From contig NC_086099.1 of the NCBI RefSeq assembly GCF_963921235.1, positions 77,066,001 through 77,130,000 on the forward strand: 64,000 bases of DNA, in the 5' to 3' direction. Source of the stretch: Mobula hypostoma (Eukaryota). The notes under the pieces were generated by a model. It saw only the letters and a program-made list of their open reading frames with translations, did no database searches and was not told the origin of the DNA. Each line of letters opens with the position of its first letter. The stretch's first letter is position 1. A program made the translations under genes and the position numbers. Below, piece by piece: positions 25,500 to 37,136 of this stretch.

Positions 25500-26355
25500 T
25501 TTGGGTTTAAAATGGCTCTACTAAAGGCATGCAGCAGCTTACTGGTGATCCGAAAGGCAAGGAATTCAACTAAAAACATTACTTATAACACCTATTCTGA
25601 AGCAAATTTTGGTGAACTATTGCTGCAGACAGTGAGGAGGCAGGTGGAGTTGAGGCTGGTTTGGGCATGAGCCGTGCTGGGGCATTGCAAGGTGTAACGT
25701 GTTTGAGCCAGTGTCTCAGATGGTGTTTGTATCATTGTCAGAGATGGAGTGAGCTATTTGGAGAGGAATTATGTGGAAGGGTTTTGATGTCCGTCCACTT
25801 AAACGGGATGTGAGGTTGGATCATTCCAAACCGATTTGGTGAAATCGAGACCGGCTTCGGGATGTGTGGTACAGGTGTGTTGCTGCGCCGGAGTCCGGAT
25901 CCTAAAGCGACACACTACCTGGTGCATGGACAATTTAAGTGCCAGCCAAGATAGACTGAAAGCCTGTATGTCTGGACCAGAGGTGAGGGTATGGCTGATT
26001 TTGCTCGCTGTCCAGGAAAAGTTGATTCCTTTCTCCTGGCGCTGAGGCTATGAACTCATCCGGCTCCTGTGCGTTTTTGCCCCACTGGTATGATGAATGA
26101 GGCCCAAGGCTTGGGCCTCCTCCAGCTGCTCCGGGAGTGATCTGGGGGCTCAGTGTGGTTTGGAAAGCTGTTGACTTGCTTCTATTGTTTGAATGTCTTG
26201 AGATTCTTTTTCTCTCTTTGTCTGTGCAGTGGTTTTTGGTCTTTTTTAAAAATTAGGTTATTCAGGTTTCTTGCTTTTAGGCTGCTGATAAGCAGACAAA
26301 TCTCAAGGTGTAAGATTTATACATTCCTTGATAACAAATGTGCTTTGAATCTTTG
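25500..26355 (+). mobile_element. Non-autonomous LINE-derived element (family also at ~19690-19915, ~46495-47530 on minus, and ~48580-49243)
   Basis: Shared 3' tail AATCTCAAGGT..TA..TTTATA..TACTTTGATAATAAATGTACTTTGAA and shared internal blocks with 48580-49243. Confidence 0.6.
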
Positions 26356-26606
26356 TATATATGTTGGGAGGTCATGGTGTGATTGTATAGGGCACTGGTG
26401 AGATTGTACTTGGAGTATTGTGTTCAGTTTCGGTTCACCTGCTTGGAAAAATGTTATTAAACTAAAAAGAGTGCAGGAAAGATTACAAGGACTTCAAGGA
26501 TTGAATTATAGGGAGAGGTTGAATTGGCTAGGTCTTTATTCCATAGACCTTAGAAAACTAAATGCAATCTTATCGAGGTGTATAAAATCATGTGGGGAAT
26601 AGACAT

Positions 26607-28761
26607 AGTAACGCTCTGGGGGGGCGGGGGGTGTGGTTGACTGCCGGTCCCTGCATTTCTAATGACCAGCACTGTTTATTGTTCTTGTTCTAAAATGCTT
26701 TTGTGGGGTTATGGTGGGATTGTTATATTTTAACTTGGGTTATATAGTTATTTGCTTGTATATTTGTGGTTCACCCTAACTGTAACTGGGGTGTGTGATG
26801 GTATGAGACTGGTTGGATTCACTCTCTGGGTCATGGTGCCCGGTCTGTTTTGTGTTTATCACAATTAACTCAACAACTGTTTTATGAGTTTCCTCATCTG
26901 TCATCATGGACCAAATGCTCGCCACAATATGCTGAGAGTCAAATGTTGCCCCTCTTGGTGGGTTATTTGGATACTGTATGATGGAAGGCATCAGATGCCA
27001 TGCGTTGGTGGACACAGGGTCAACCATCACTATCCTCCATCCCAGTGTTCTCCCCAAAATGGACCAGCCATCCCGGCCTAGGTAGACGATGACAGCAGTC
27101 CAGTTGTCTACAGTCACCAGCGACTGTGCAGCGATGCGAGGGAAGAGGAGGCTGTGCTTCGCAGTGGGGGAAACACAGTGGAGCCCGAGGTGTGGCTAGC
27201 CGACATCTGGGAGTCCTGCATCACTGGGCTGGAACTGCTGTCCCTTTGGAGGTCCCGTGTGGATGTGTCAGGGACAACGCTCTACCTCAGTGCTGAAACT
27301 GTGGCTCTCCACAGCGGGGCAGCTCCAGGAAGTGGTACCAATGGGAGCAGCAACCGCCACCGGTTTCACAGCAGCCCACAGCATTACAGCACGTCCTACA
27401 GCTGAACCAGGAGCAGGTGTGGGACAATGGCCGGAGTGGCAGAGCTCTCTGCCCTGGACCCAGAGACCAAAGACCTATACTCGCCATGGGGAACTCTGGA
27501 GGTCCACGACGGGTTGCGGTTCTGGTGGTGGCAGTTGTCCGATGGTGACAGACATCTCTTGCATCTTGTGGTCCCCTGGGGGCTCCGTGCCACAATGCTG
27601 CGGTCCGTACACGGGCTGTTGGGGGCTGGCCATTTCAGAGTTGACAAGACTTTAGGCAGGCTGCGTGAATGCTTCTACTGGCCTAAGTACAGGCAGGATA
27701 GACAATAGACAATAGACAATAGGTGCAGGAGTAGGCCATTCAGCCCTTCAAGCCAGCACCGCCATTCACTGTGATCATGGTTGATCATCCACAATCAGTA
27801 CCCTTTTCCTGCCTTCTCCCCATATCCCTTGACTCTGCTATCTTTAAGAGCTCTATCTAACTCTTTCTTGAAAAAATCCAGAGAATTGGTCTCCACTGCC
27901 TTCTGAGGCAGAGCATTCCACAGAACCACAGCCCTCTGTGTGAAAAAGTTTTTCCTCAACTCCGTTCTAAATAGTCTACTCCTCATTCTAAACTTAATTT
28001 GAAATACTTAAAATTTCATGCAGTTTCTCTCCCACTATTATATCAGAAAAATCATTTGACTCTATTTCCCACTCACTTGTACGCATAGCTGAGAACGTGA
28101 AGATGACGTTTTATTTGAATTGGGAGTAATCGCCACAGAATGATGACGTAATTTACCCACTCCCTAATATTCAGGATGTGGAGCTATTCGTGCACTGCTG
28201 CGACACTTGCACATCCCAGAAGGGGCTGGGCCGCCAGTCTGGGGAGCCAATGCAGCAGTACATGGTGGGGGCCCCAGTATGGGTCTACTGCCCCTCCTGG
28301 AAGAAGGGACTATCCCCTAGGCTTGGAAGCCACTGGAAGAGGCCGGGAGAGGGGCTCGACTGCATCTCCAATGTGGTATACCGGATGTGGTTGCCTGAGC
28401 GTCAGAAGGCCGTCGTGCTGCACCGGGACCAGCTGGCACCGTGCTAGCCCTTGGCCATCACTAACGCAGCGAGGCTGAAGGAAGGTAGTGACACTCCGGG
28501 TGCCCTGCCTCTTGTCTCACACAAACAGGCAGCAGTGTCGACACCCACCAGGACATTTGGACTTTGCTATAGACTCTGGGGTTGCCGGGGATGGCTGACC
28601 CCTCGGGTGGGGGCAGGGTGATGCTCTGGGGGGGGCGGGTGGTGGTCAACAGCCCACCCCTGCATTTCTAATGCCCGGTCTGTTTTGTGTTTATCACAAT
28701 AAAACGGTTGTTAGGCTAACAAGCTTCCTCATCTGTCATTATGGACCAAATGCTTGCCACA
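26607..28761 (+). mobile_element. Gypsy LTR retrotransposon, internally deleted (LTRs ~26607-26926 and ~28617-28761)
   Basis: Two related LTRs ending GACCAAATGCT.GCCACA and a purine tract before the 3' LTR. Protease remnant CITGLELL, integrase HHCC (VHGLLGAGHF..KTLGRLRECFYWP..QDVELFVHCCDTC) and GPY/F-like tail (KKGLSPRLGSHWKRP..VVLHRDQLAP). Confidence 0.88.
27700..28171 (-). mobile_element. Young CR1 3' end with ~175 bp of unrelated 5' sequence, inserted in Gypsy integrase
   Basis: (TCTATTG)n tail, RTELRKNFFTQRAV RT end, and a CAGGAT duplication at 27694-27699 and 28172-28177. Confidence 0.8.
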
Positions 28762-29109
28762 ATATGGTGAGAGAAGAATGCTTCAAGAGGTATATCAGGG
28801 GCAACTGTTTTACACAAAAGATAGTATCTAACTGTATCTCAGCTGCCTGAGGCAGGTACACCAACAACTTTTAAAATTCAATCGGACAGGTTAATGGATT
28901 GGAGCGGTTCAGAGGCTATGGATCAAGTACTGGCAAATGTGACAAACTTGAAGAGGACATCTTGGTCAGCATTATCCAGTCGGGCTGAAGGGCCTGTTTC
29001 CCTACTGTATAACTTTATGACTATGACATGGACTTGAAAGTATAATTCTGACTACTATTTTATAAAGATACGGTGCAATCATAAAGTGAACAAACAAGGC
29101 TAGTGCTAA

Positions 29110-29918
29110 TCACTGCAGGAGTGCCTCAGGCCCAGCCATCTTTACCTCTTCATCAATAATCTCCTTCCATCCTAGAGCCAGTGTAGGTTGTATGATGCTC
29201 AATTCCATTTGCAACTACTCTGAAAATGAGATGACCCATGTCTAAAACTTGAAACAAAATTTTGGCAAACAATACTTATTCCATAAATGCGAGGCAATGA
29301 CCATCCCCAGCAAGGAAGAATCCACTTTTTTTATCCTTGGCACGCAATGAAATTACCTTCACTGAATCCATCAAGGTCCCAGGGATTACACCTGATACCT
29401 AAATCAATTCCCATCTCCTTAATAACATGCACATTAAAGGATGATTAAATCCTCTCCACTTTCCTGGATGAATGCAATTCCAGCAAAGCTCAGGTTTCAC
29501 AACAGCACTCACAAGAAAGATAGTCCTATGATTGGCAGCTAAATGTTTGTGCTACCCACCACTGACCCACAATGACTGCAGTATTTACCATCTACAAAAA
29601 GCACTTGCCAATCCAACAGTGTCTCATTATTTTGTAACCTGCAGAAGGATAGGGGAGAGCAATACCTTAAGACATTGTCTCAAGTAGATTCTTTTTTCAG
29701 ATGCACACAATTCTGACATTTAAATATATTGTTCAGCCTTCATCATTGCCGTATCTAAATCCTACAACCCCCTTGTTAACATCATGTGGGAGTATTTTCA
29801 GCAGAAAGACAGCAGCAAATCAAAATGATGGCTTATCATTCTTCCTCTAGGTTAATTACAGTTTAATGATAGGCACTTGCATTGTCGCTAATATTCAGAT
29901 CCCTAAACAAAAAAAAAA
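29110..29918 (+). mobile_element. Ancient CR1/L2-like LINE remnant
   Basis: Decayed GVPQG..P..F..FIN motif at ~29115. The 3' tail is related to 51820-51925 and 47880-47960 (minus) and is followed by an A-run. Confidence 0.45.
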
Positions 29919-30111
29919 GACATATAAAATTTCACCTTTCAGAAAAATGAGAAGGGGATGGTATTATTTTTTTTACTTCAAAACGTTAAATTAATTCAAA
30001 GGAAGTCATGGGGAGTCTGAAATACAGGTGTAAGTTAACCTTTACTTTAAGCGTGGCTTGCACGAATCATGTCGTAACGTGATGATGTATGCAGTTAACG
30101 TTTTTTACATA

Positions 30112-30670
30112 TGTAACCCTCAGGTTCAGCTAGTGGCTTAATCTGGGGGAGACAGCCTCCGGCCCGGCCAAACTTGAGAAATTTTGTCTGGGTGGATGCT
30201 GTGTGATGTGTTCCCCTGTTACAAATCAGTACCATGAAATAACAAACAGTACACAATGTGCAATTAAACGATTGACCTTTATAATACTTAATTTAACTAT
30301 AGGGTTAGTAAAGAAACAAAAAAAAAGAAAAAGGGCCCATTCTCATGAAATAATCTATTTCGTAACGTTGGAGCTCACGATTTTCCCATCAGTTCGCTTT
30401 CCCTCGATTTTCTCCCCGGCTGTTGATTCTCGACCCCATTCCAAGTCCACTCTCTCCTGCAGTCTACGATTTCCCCGTTCTGGCATCTTCTCTCTCCATC
30501 TTCCACCAAACAAAAGACGGCAAAACCTTCACTTAGGCGCACAAGAGAGGAAACATCTTCCCTCATTGGCCAGCGCATATTCCAAAATCCCCATTATCTC
30601 CAGTTATAACCCAAACACTGCAGCTGCAGGGAAACCATAACATTAGCATGAAACATTACAGCACATTACA
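30112..30670. mobile_element. Solo LTR inserted in the 3' LTR of the Gypsy element
   Basis: TGTAA...TTACA termini, and a 4-bp TSD CATA at 30108-30111 and 30671-30674. Removing it restores alignment to the 5' LTR. Confidence 0.85.
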
Positions 30671-31256
30671 CATATAACCCATAATTATTTATTTAAAGGA
30701 ACAAGAATGCTTAATCAATAAAAATATATATGCAAGATTACTCAAATTTTATTGAAATATTAAATACACAACACTCCTTTTTGGTTAGCTATAAACTTCA
30801 AATCAATAGAGAATGCATCTCAACTATGTACACAGCTTACTATACAAATACAGATATCCACAGCATCGTGAATTTTAAATTCTCCCATACGGGTATAAAC
30901 ATTTAATTACTGTGTGTGACTTCTTAAACTTGTGGGATAATGACTTTCCTCACAAGTGGAATGACTCTGCTTGGCAGGTGAGATATGTGTCTGTGAAATA
31001 ATCTCAAGTCTGGGGCCTCTATGTAGTGGTTGTAGGAGTTGACACTGAAAATGCAGTAACCACCTTTGTTCTTCTAGCTTGTGCATCTTAACCTTGGGAA
31101 GGTGTGTTTAGTTCACTGGAGTATTCTCTTATTGATCTCTCTATTGCTCTCTTTGCAATTCCATTTTTCCTTATGGTTTCCTCCTCCACATCATCCGATG
31201 AATCCTGTGCTTTCATATCTGCATTGACTCTGTTCATTCAGCTGCGCTTTGGCATC

Positions 31257-31586
31257 TACGAAGGGTGATTGATAAGTTCGTGGCCTAAGGCAGAAGGAGT
31301 CAATTTTAGAAAACCTAGCACATTTATTTTTCCTACATTACATTTAGTTCAGCGGTCATGGAGCACACAGATCCCTTTTTTGTAGAAGTCAGCGTCTTGG
31401 ACCTCCAGAAGTGGTCCACAGCAGGGGTGATTGCTAAGTTTGTGGCCTAAAGTAGAAGCAGATGAGGAGAAACTTCAAACTTTCTGCATTTTCATTCAAA
31501 GAGTTGAACTGCACGTGCATGTAATGAGAGCTGTATAACTCATCTCCTTCTACCGTAGGCCATGAACTTATCAATCACCCCTCGTA
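31257..31586. mobile_element. Mariner MITE (three-TIR form of the 8641-9169 family)
   Basis: TA-flanked, with the same TIR and internal sequence as 8641-8985. Confidence 0.9.
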
Positions 31587-31675
31587 TGTCTACTTTCACA
31601 AGCAGCTTTTTATCTCCCACTTGAAGCTCATGCAATAACCCTAATGCACGCAGAGTGGATTCTGGTTCTTTATAC

Positions 31676-32907
31676 CAGCGGCCCCAACCACCGGGCTGCG
31701 GACCGGTACCGAGCCGCAAAGCATGTGCTACTGGGCCGCGAGGAAACAATATGATTTGGCTATATGAGTCAGCTGCACCTTTCCTCATTCTCTGTCATGC
31801 ACTGTTGAGCCTGAACGCACGCGAGGTCATTACACACGCGTCATCCATGTCAACGCGGGAAGATCAACTCCTCGAGTTTGCAAATGATGGTGGGCTGAAA
31901 AATATGTTTGACATAACATCTCTGCCGGCATTGTGGATCAAAGTTAAGGCTGAATATCCTGAGATAGCCACGAAAGCACTGAAAACGTTGCTTCCATTTC
32001 CAACATCATATCTCTGCAATGAATGCAACAAAAACCAAATTGCGGAATAGACCGGACATAAGGAACCCCTTTCGAGTATTGCTGTCTCCCATCAACCCTC
32101 GATGGCACCGTCGTGTTGCAGGGAAACAAGTCCAGGGCTCCCACTGATTCAGTGATACTGGTGTGTGGCAATGATTTTATATGTTCATACGGGAAAAATA
32201 TGTGCTGTGTGTTTAATATCCAAACGTTACTTAAAATGTTATGATGCTATTGACTTATAAGTGACTTATATAACCATATAATAATTACAGCATGGAAACA
32301 GGCCATCCCTGCCCTTCTAGTCCGTGCCGAACGCTACTTTCACCTAGTCCCACCGATCTGCACTCAGCCCATAACCCTCCATTCCTTTCCTGTCCATATA
32401 CCTATCCAATTTTTTTTTAAGTGATAATATCGAACCTGCCTTTACCACTTCTACTGGAAGTTCGTTCAACACTTACTTCCAGCTCTCCTGTCCTCCCCTG
32501 ATAATTGACTTATCACTATATTCATGTGAGGAAAATATGCGCTGTGTGTTTAATATTAAATTTGTTAGATAAACACTTTTAGAAACAAAATTGTGTGTAT
32601 TAGCCAGTTATCACCTATATTCCGGTCGTGATTAACACCCCCTCCCCATACAGAATCGCCAAAAACCATTTGTAGAAAAAGATCGGCACGTACACACATG
32701 TGCAGGTCACACATGCACACTGGTGCTCGCGCAAGGCTTCATGATCATTGTAGTCTTTATGGGGTAAACACAACGTATTTGACTGCTACTCTTGTCCGTT
32801 GGCAACCCTACCACCGCGTCCCCCCCCCCACCCCCGGGTCGGCCAGTCTGCAAGAATATTGTCAATAATAAACGGGTCCACGTTGCGAAAAAGGTTGGGG
32901 ACCCCTG
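31676..32907 (+). mobile_element. hAT (Charlie/MER1-like) DNA transposon, internally deleted, containing a CR1 tail (~32270-32472)
   Basis: 8-bp TSD CTTTATAC (31668-31675, 32908-32915), TIR CAG(C/G)GG(T)CCCCAACC, and hAT dimerisation domain EDQLLEFANDGGLK..WIKVKAEYPEIATKALKTLLPFPTSYLC. Confidence 0.92.
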
Positions 32908-35900
32908 CTTTATACTCACAAATGCTGAATGCTTGAAAATTTCCTGAAGCTTGTTGAACTCTCTTCCAGCTTAAAACCAAGCTGCATTTTGCAAGTAACT
33001 GCCTGATGACATTTCAGAAGCTTTGTCAAATATGCTGCCTGCGAAAAATGTAGTTGGACCACTGCTTTCATCACTTTCAAACTTCTGAGCAGCGTTGTCC
33101 TTCCTTGGTTCAACATGCTTTCCAATCAGAGGCACAGATGTTGGTACCAACACCTGTTTGTCCTCTGTGTGGTAATGGTTCACTGTGTTTGGCATGAAGA
33201 CAGTTGTGGCATCATCAAGTACCTTTCTTAATTTACTTCCAGTTGTCTTCATTGTAGATGTTATGGCATGCAAATGTGGATGGATCTCCAATCAAGTTGT
33301 AGCTGTCTCAGCCAATCATGCCCTGATGATGCTGATCCTCCTGTTTTCACTCCATACAAGCATAATGATGCATGTTGAATGTTGGATTTCAGTGTTATGA
33401 ATGTCAATCCCACAAGAGTTATCTCTTGTCTGGTAGTTCTTAGTTGAATATCTCCAGGTTTCAATTTAATATCTTTGAAATGCCATTCAAGCTCATTTTG
33501 TGGAATGACTGAAACAGCAGAACTAGTGTCCAATTGCATTTTAATTAATTTGCTGTTCACTTCTGGTCTAAACCATAGTGCTTGTCTATTGCTAATTTTC
33601 ACACTGTAAATTTCAAAGCTGTTCAGCTCTGTGTCAATCTCATTATTAGATTTCTCACTGACAGCAGGCAAATTAATGCTCTTTTTGAAACTGAAACTTG
33701 ACTTTTTTGCTTTTTATCTTCTCTGTGCAGTCCATTTATTTTTTGTCTGCCCAACATGCTCTTTGTATGTGAAATACTTTGTTGAATTTTCTGCAAGATT
33801 CACTTTTAAATCTGCATTTGTTTTGATGTATTTCAGCCCCTGCCATAACGGTAACACAATTTGCTCACCAGGCTGTTTTCTGTTTAAACAATGCAATTTT
33901 GTTCACATTCACTTTCATTCCTGACAGCAACTCAATTGTGTCTTTCCGCAGTTTTTGTCGAAACAGTGATTTCCACTGCTCATTTGAATGTAAACTGTGC
34001 TTCAGTTAGGAGCCATTTTTGAATGCTCGCCTTAAGATTCTACAAACTAAATGATCTCTTTGTGCATCATTAAGGCCATCACTGAACTGGCAATGCTCAG
34101 ACAATCCCTTCAATTCAGCCACATCCGCTGAAACGGATTCTCCCTCCTTTTGATTCTGCTTTTGAAACCTAAAGCATTCTGAACTTAACAATGGCTTTGG
34201 TTTTAAGTTCTCCTGCATCACTTTTACAATAGCAGCAAAGCTAATATCTGATGCTTTGGTTGGAGCAGTCAAACTTTGAAGCAAACTATATGCCTTTGGA
34301 CCAAATGCATTTTGCAAAATTGGCACTTACTTCTTACCGGCTATTTCATTTGCTTCAAGACAGTGTTCCAATAGTTCAGTATACATGAGCTGATAACCCA
34401 TTGTGTAATCATTCTCGTCAATTATTCTGAGGTAGTCAGCCATTTCTGCACTGTTTTAATAATTATTATCACCTGGTACTCACTCTTTATGAATACTGAA
34501 TTCTTCCATTTATGGCCTCTTTACTCGATGTCTCTGCATGTGTTACTCTGTTTTGCCGTTCTGCGCAGTGTCTCTTTTTGATAGGTCGGTAGCCATGCCG
34601 GATTTGTTTTCAAAATACCTCATCACCGAAGTTATGTTTTGTAATTTCAAAACATTAAATTAATTCAAAGGATGACATGGGAAGTCCAAAATATAGGTGT
34701 AACTTTGTCTTTACTTCAAGCGAGGCAGGCACGTATCATGTGGTAGCATAATAACGTATGCAATCAATGTATTTTACATATAACCCATTATTAATTACTG
34801 TATTTAAATGAACAAGAATGCTTAATCAAGAAATATATATACATGATTATTCAGCATAAGAATTTACCTTGTGAAACATTCAAATCCAAAGGTCATCAAT
34901 GAGAGGCAATTATCACAAAATCAATTAGGGATTTTTAGAGAAAAAAAATTCTTTGCTGAGTATGTTTGGAACACACCACTGTAGAAAGTGGTTGAAATGA
35001 AACAATATGGAGGGATTTAAGAGGAGGCTAGATATGTAAGTGAGGGTGAACTGAGATGGATGGAAATGTGGATAGGGTTAGAAATAATGTGATGAAGTAG
35101 TTTGACTGAACTGTGAACATGAGCTTAGAATAGTTGGATATTTTTTGCTAATTCTATACCAGGTTTGTTTTATTCCAAATTACCTTTAGAAATATTAGCT
35201 TATTATTAGCCTATTTCTTCAGCAACATCTGTTGCTGTAATGGAGGCATTCATTTCTTAGTAGATTAATAGCTTCATTAAACAAGAAAATATTATATCAA
35301 CACACCACAAATCATTGTACTTGAATAGAACACCTAATTTTCTGTTACTAAATGTTTGAATAATTTTGTTTGGAAAAGACAAGTAAAGTACTTGCATATA
35401 TTAAATTACAAAAAAGCATTCACATTTGTAAATTCTGTAATGTTCATGGAAATCACCTTGAGGAGATTTTTAAAGTTTAGTAAATAATATATGGGTTAAT
35501 TAGAAGAATAGAATAACTCTGAGAATTGACATAGATTCCATGGGCCAGAATATTTCATTTGATGTTGTGAGAAATATGCATTAAGGGGACAACCAAACTC
35601 CAACATGATTGAAGTGGCTTTGGTGGCAGCTGGGGTAGGAAAAAAAAACATATGCCTTGAAGTTAGATCACACCAATTTTTGCTGCACTAAATTAAAGCT
35701 GTGTTTAGCATAAATAACCAATGAGGTTCCTTACAAAAATCAGAATTGCAAAAATTAGTTAAAAGCAATTGATATGATTTTCAGATGGTTTACGCACAGC
35801 AAGCCTGGTATGAGACTTGGATAGTTCCTAACTGGACCTCAAACAAATTTGCCTGTACCCTTACATTTCACAATGCAGTCTTCAAAAGCTGCATCCCCAT

Positions 35901-37056
35901 GACAACTATACAGCTGCATCACAGACTTTGGCTACCATGGAGCTGCAGAGAGGGAGACATATCCTACCTTCAATAAGGAAGTACCTGTGTACCGGAGAGC
36001 CAGGAGATATATTAGATCCTATATAAGAAGCACAAGGCAGGCGATAGCTGTAATTTTCTCCATTAGGGATCAACATCTGCACAAACTGAAGTAACACTTA
36101 AAAAAATGCTATACTGTTGAGATTATCTGCACTCTATAATTTACATCATAGAGTTTAAATAGTGAAATATCTTTAAAACAGATGTTTGAGTTCTTGTAAT
36201 GAAGCACCAGTCACCAGGAAATACAAAAATACTTCAGCAAACCAGTAACATAATCAGAATAGATATTCATTGATTCATGTTCTATATCCAGTGCAGGCAG
36301 ATCAGCAGTGCAGGATTTGGAAAGACTTGCATACTGTCTGGGCTCTCCTAGCTCATCATTGGTGTACTATCTTATAGTGTGGAGAGGGTCACTTGGTTTG
36401 GTTTGGGAAATGTTACTTTGCAGGCTGCTTGTGAAAACTTTTTGACCAATACATATACCTTTTGGTCAGGAAGGTGAGAGAATGGTGAGCAGTGCCATAC
36501 CCCACTAGCTCTCTTCTTTCTCCTCTCTCTTACTTCTGCTGTCTCTAGGATTCACCTCCTCATTTTCAGAGTCTCCCTGGCCTTTTCCTGCCAGCAGCTA
36601 CTACTTTCAGGTGGAAAGGTTAGAACATAGAAAAAATAGTGGCTTTATGTGACAAAAGATCATCTGGTACGTGCCTGATATTGGGAAAATATCAGTGACA
36701 CTAACATAGATTATGTATGGAAGTGGCTGGACTAATTTTGCATTCACCATGCATTTGTTTAGAAATCTTTTGGTAAACTTTAAAGTGGATTGCGTGTTGT
36801 CAAAAAAATGAACTAGATGATCCAGTTTAAGGTGATACAACCTTTACCAGTAAGGTCAAGCACAATCTCTGTGAACTATTATGAAAGTCACATTTTCAAC
36901 CTGCATGAAGCTCCATACGAATTATTTATTTCAGTCTTACTTTACGGGTCTATTCACATAGAACCTTTCCATCTGTTAATCATTTCACAGACACGGCATT
37001 CAAATTTCAGTGGATAACTTGTTCTAGTCTCTGAAAGCAAGCACGGTATCCTAGAG

Positions 37057-37136
37057 CAGAGCTTCCCTTCCGGGGCCTCATGGATCCCTCAGTTAATGGC
37101 AGGGGCCCGTGGCATAAAAATGGTTAAAAACCTCTG
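37057..37136. mobile_element. 80-bp hAT/Charlie-type MITE
   Basis: 8-bp TSD TCCTAGAG (37049-37056, 37137-37144) and termini CAGAG...CTCTG with a GGTT..AACC.CTG-like right end. Confidence 0.75.

Larger units (their letters stand above)
22825..29030 (+). mobile_element. Decayed CR1 ORF2 pieces hosting later insertions (Tc1, PLE, non-autonomous element, Gypsy)
   Basis: Collinear RT pieces at 22825-23281, 24523-24720, 25220-25500, 26365-26605 and 28765-29030 (FDKFPHGRL, SKFADETQI, IKLKRVQER, 3' tail). Confidence 0.6.
31064..33153 (-). pseudogene. RBM25: Intronless RBM25 fragment (RRM domain region), in three pieces: 33153-32916, 31675-31587, 31258-31064
   Basis: Translates (with frameshifts) VLVPTS..GKH..RKD..GPTTFFAGSIFDKASE / LLAKCSLVLSWKRVQQASGNFQAFSICEYKEPESTLRALGLLHELQVGDKKLLVKVDAKAQL / EEET..AIERSIREYSSELNTPSQ. 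This matches the vertebrate RBM25 N-terminal region as I recall it (..LVLSWKRVQGASGKLQAFGFCEYKEPESTLRALRLLHDLQIGEKKLLVKVDAK..LIREYSSELNAPSQ). Confidence 0.93.
29962..34853 (-). mobile_element. Gypsy (Mag-like) LTR retrotransposon with pol core replaced by an RBM25 mRNA fragment
   Basis: Related LTRs at ~34631-34853 and ~29962-30773, PBS-like GGTGATGAGG at ~34618-34627, and PPT AAAAAGGAG before TGTTGTG. gag (GPKAYSLLQSLTAPTK..KPKPL..ECFRF..NQKEGESVS..VAELK..CQF..RDHLV), protease (MQLDTSSAVSVI..GHDWL), and pol tail (EESHYPTSLR). Confidence 0.9.

Noticed and set aside
31064-33153. Functional exons of the real RBM25 gene
   Set aside because: The pieces are separated by TEs with TSDs rather than GT-AG introns, contain frameshifts and a stop, and lie between Gypsy LTRs.
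35785-36095. Exon-like ORFs including ITDFGYH (kinase-like DFG)
   Set aside because: No other kinase motifs, an upstream in-frame stop and no convincing donor site.
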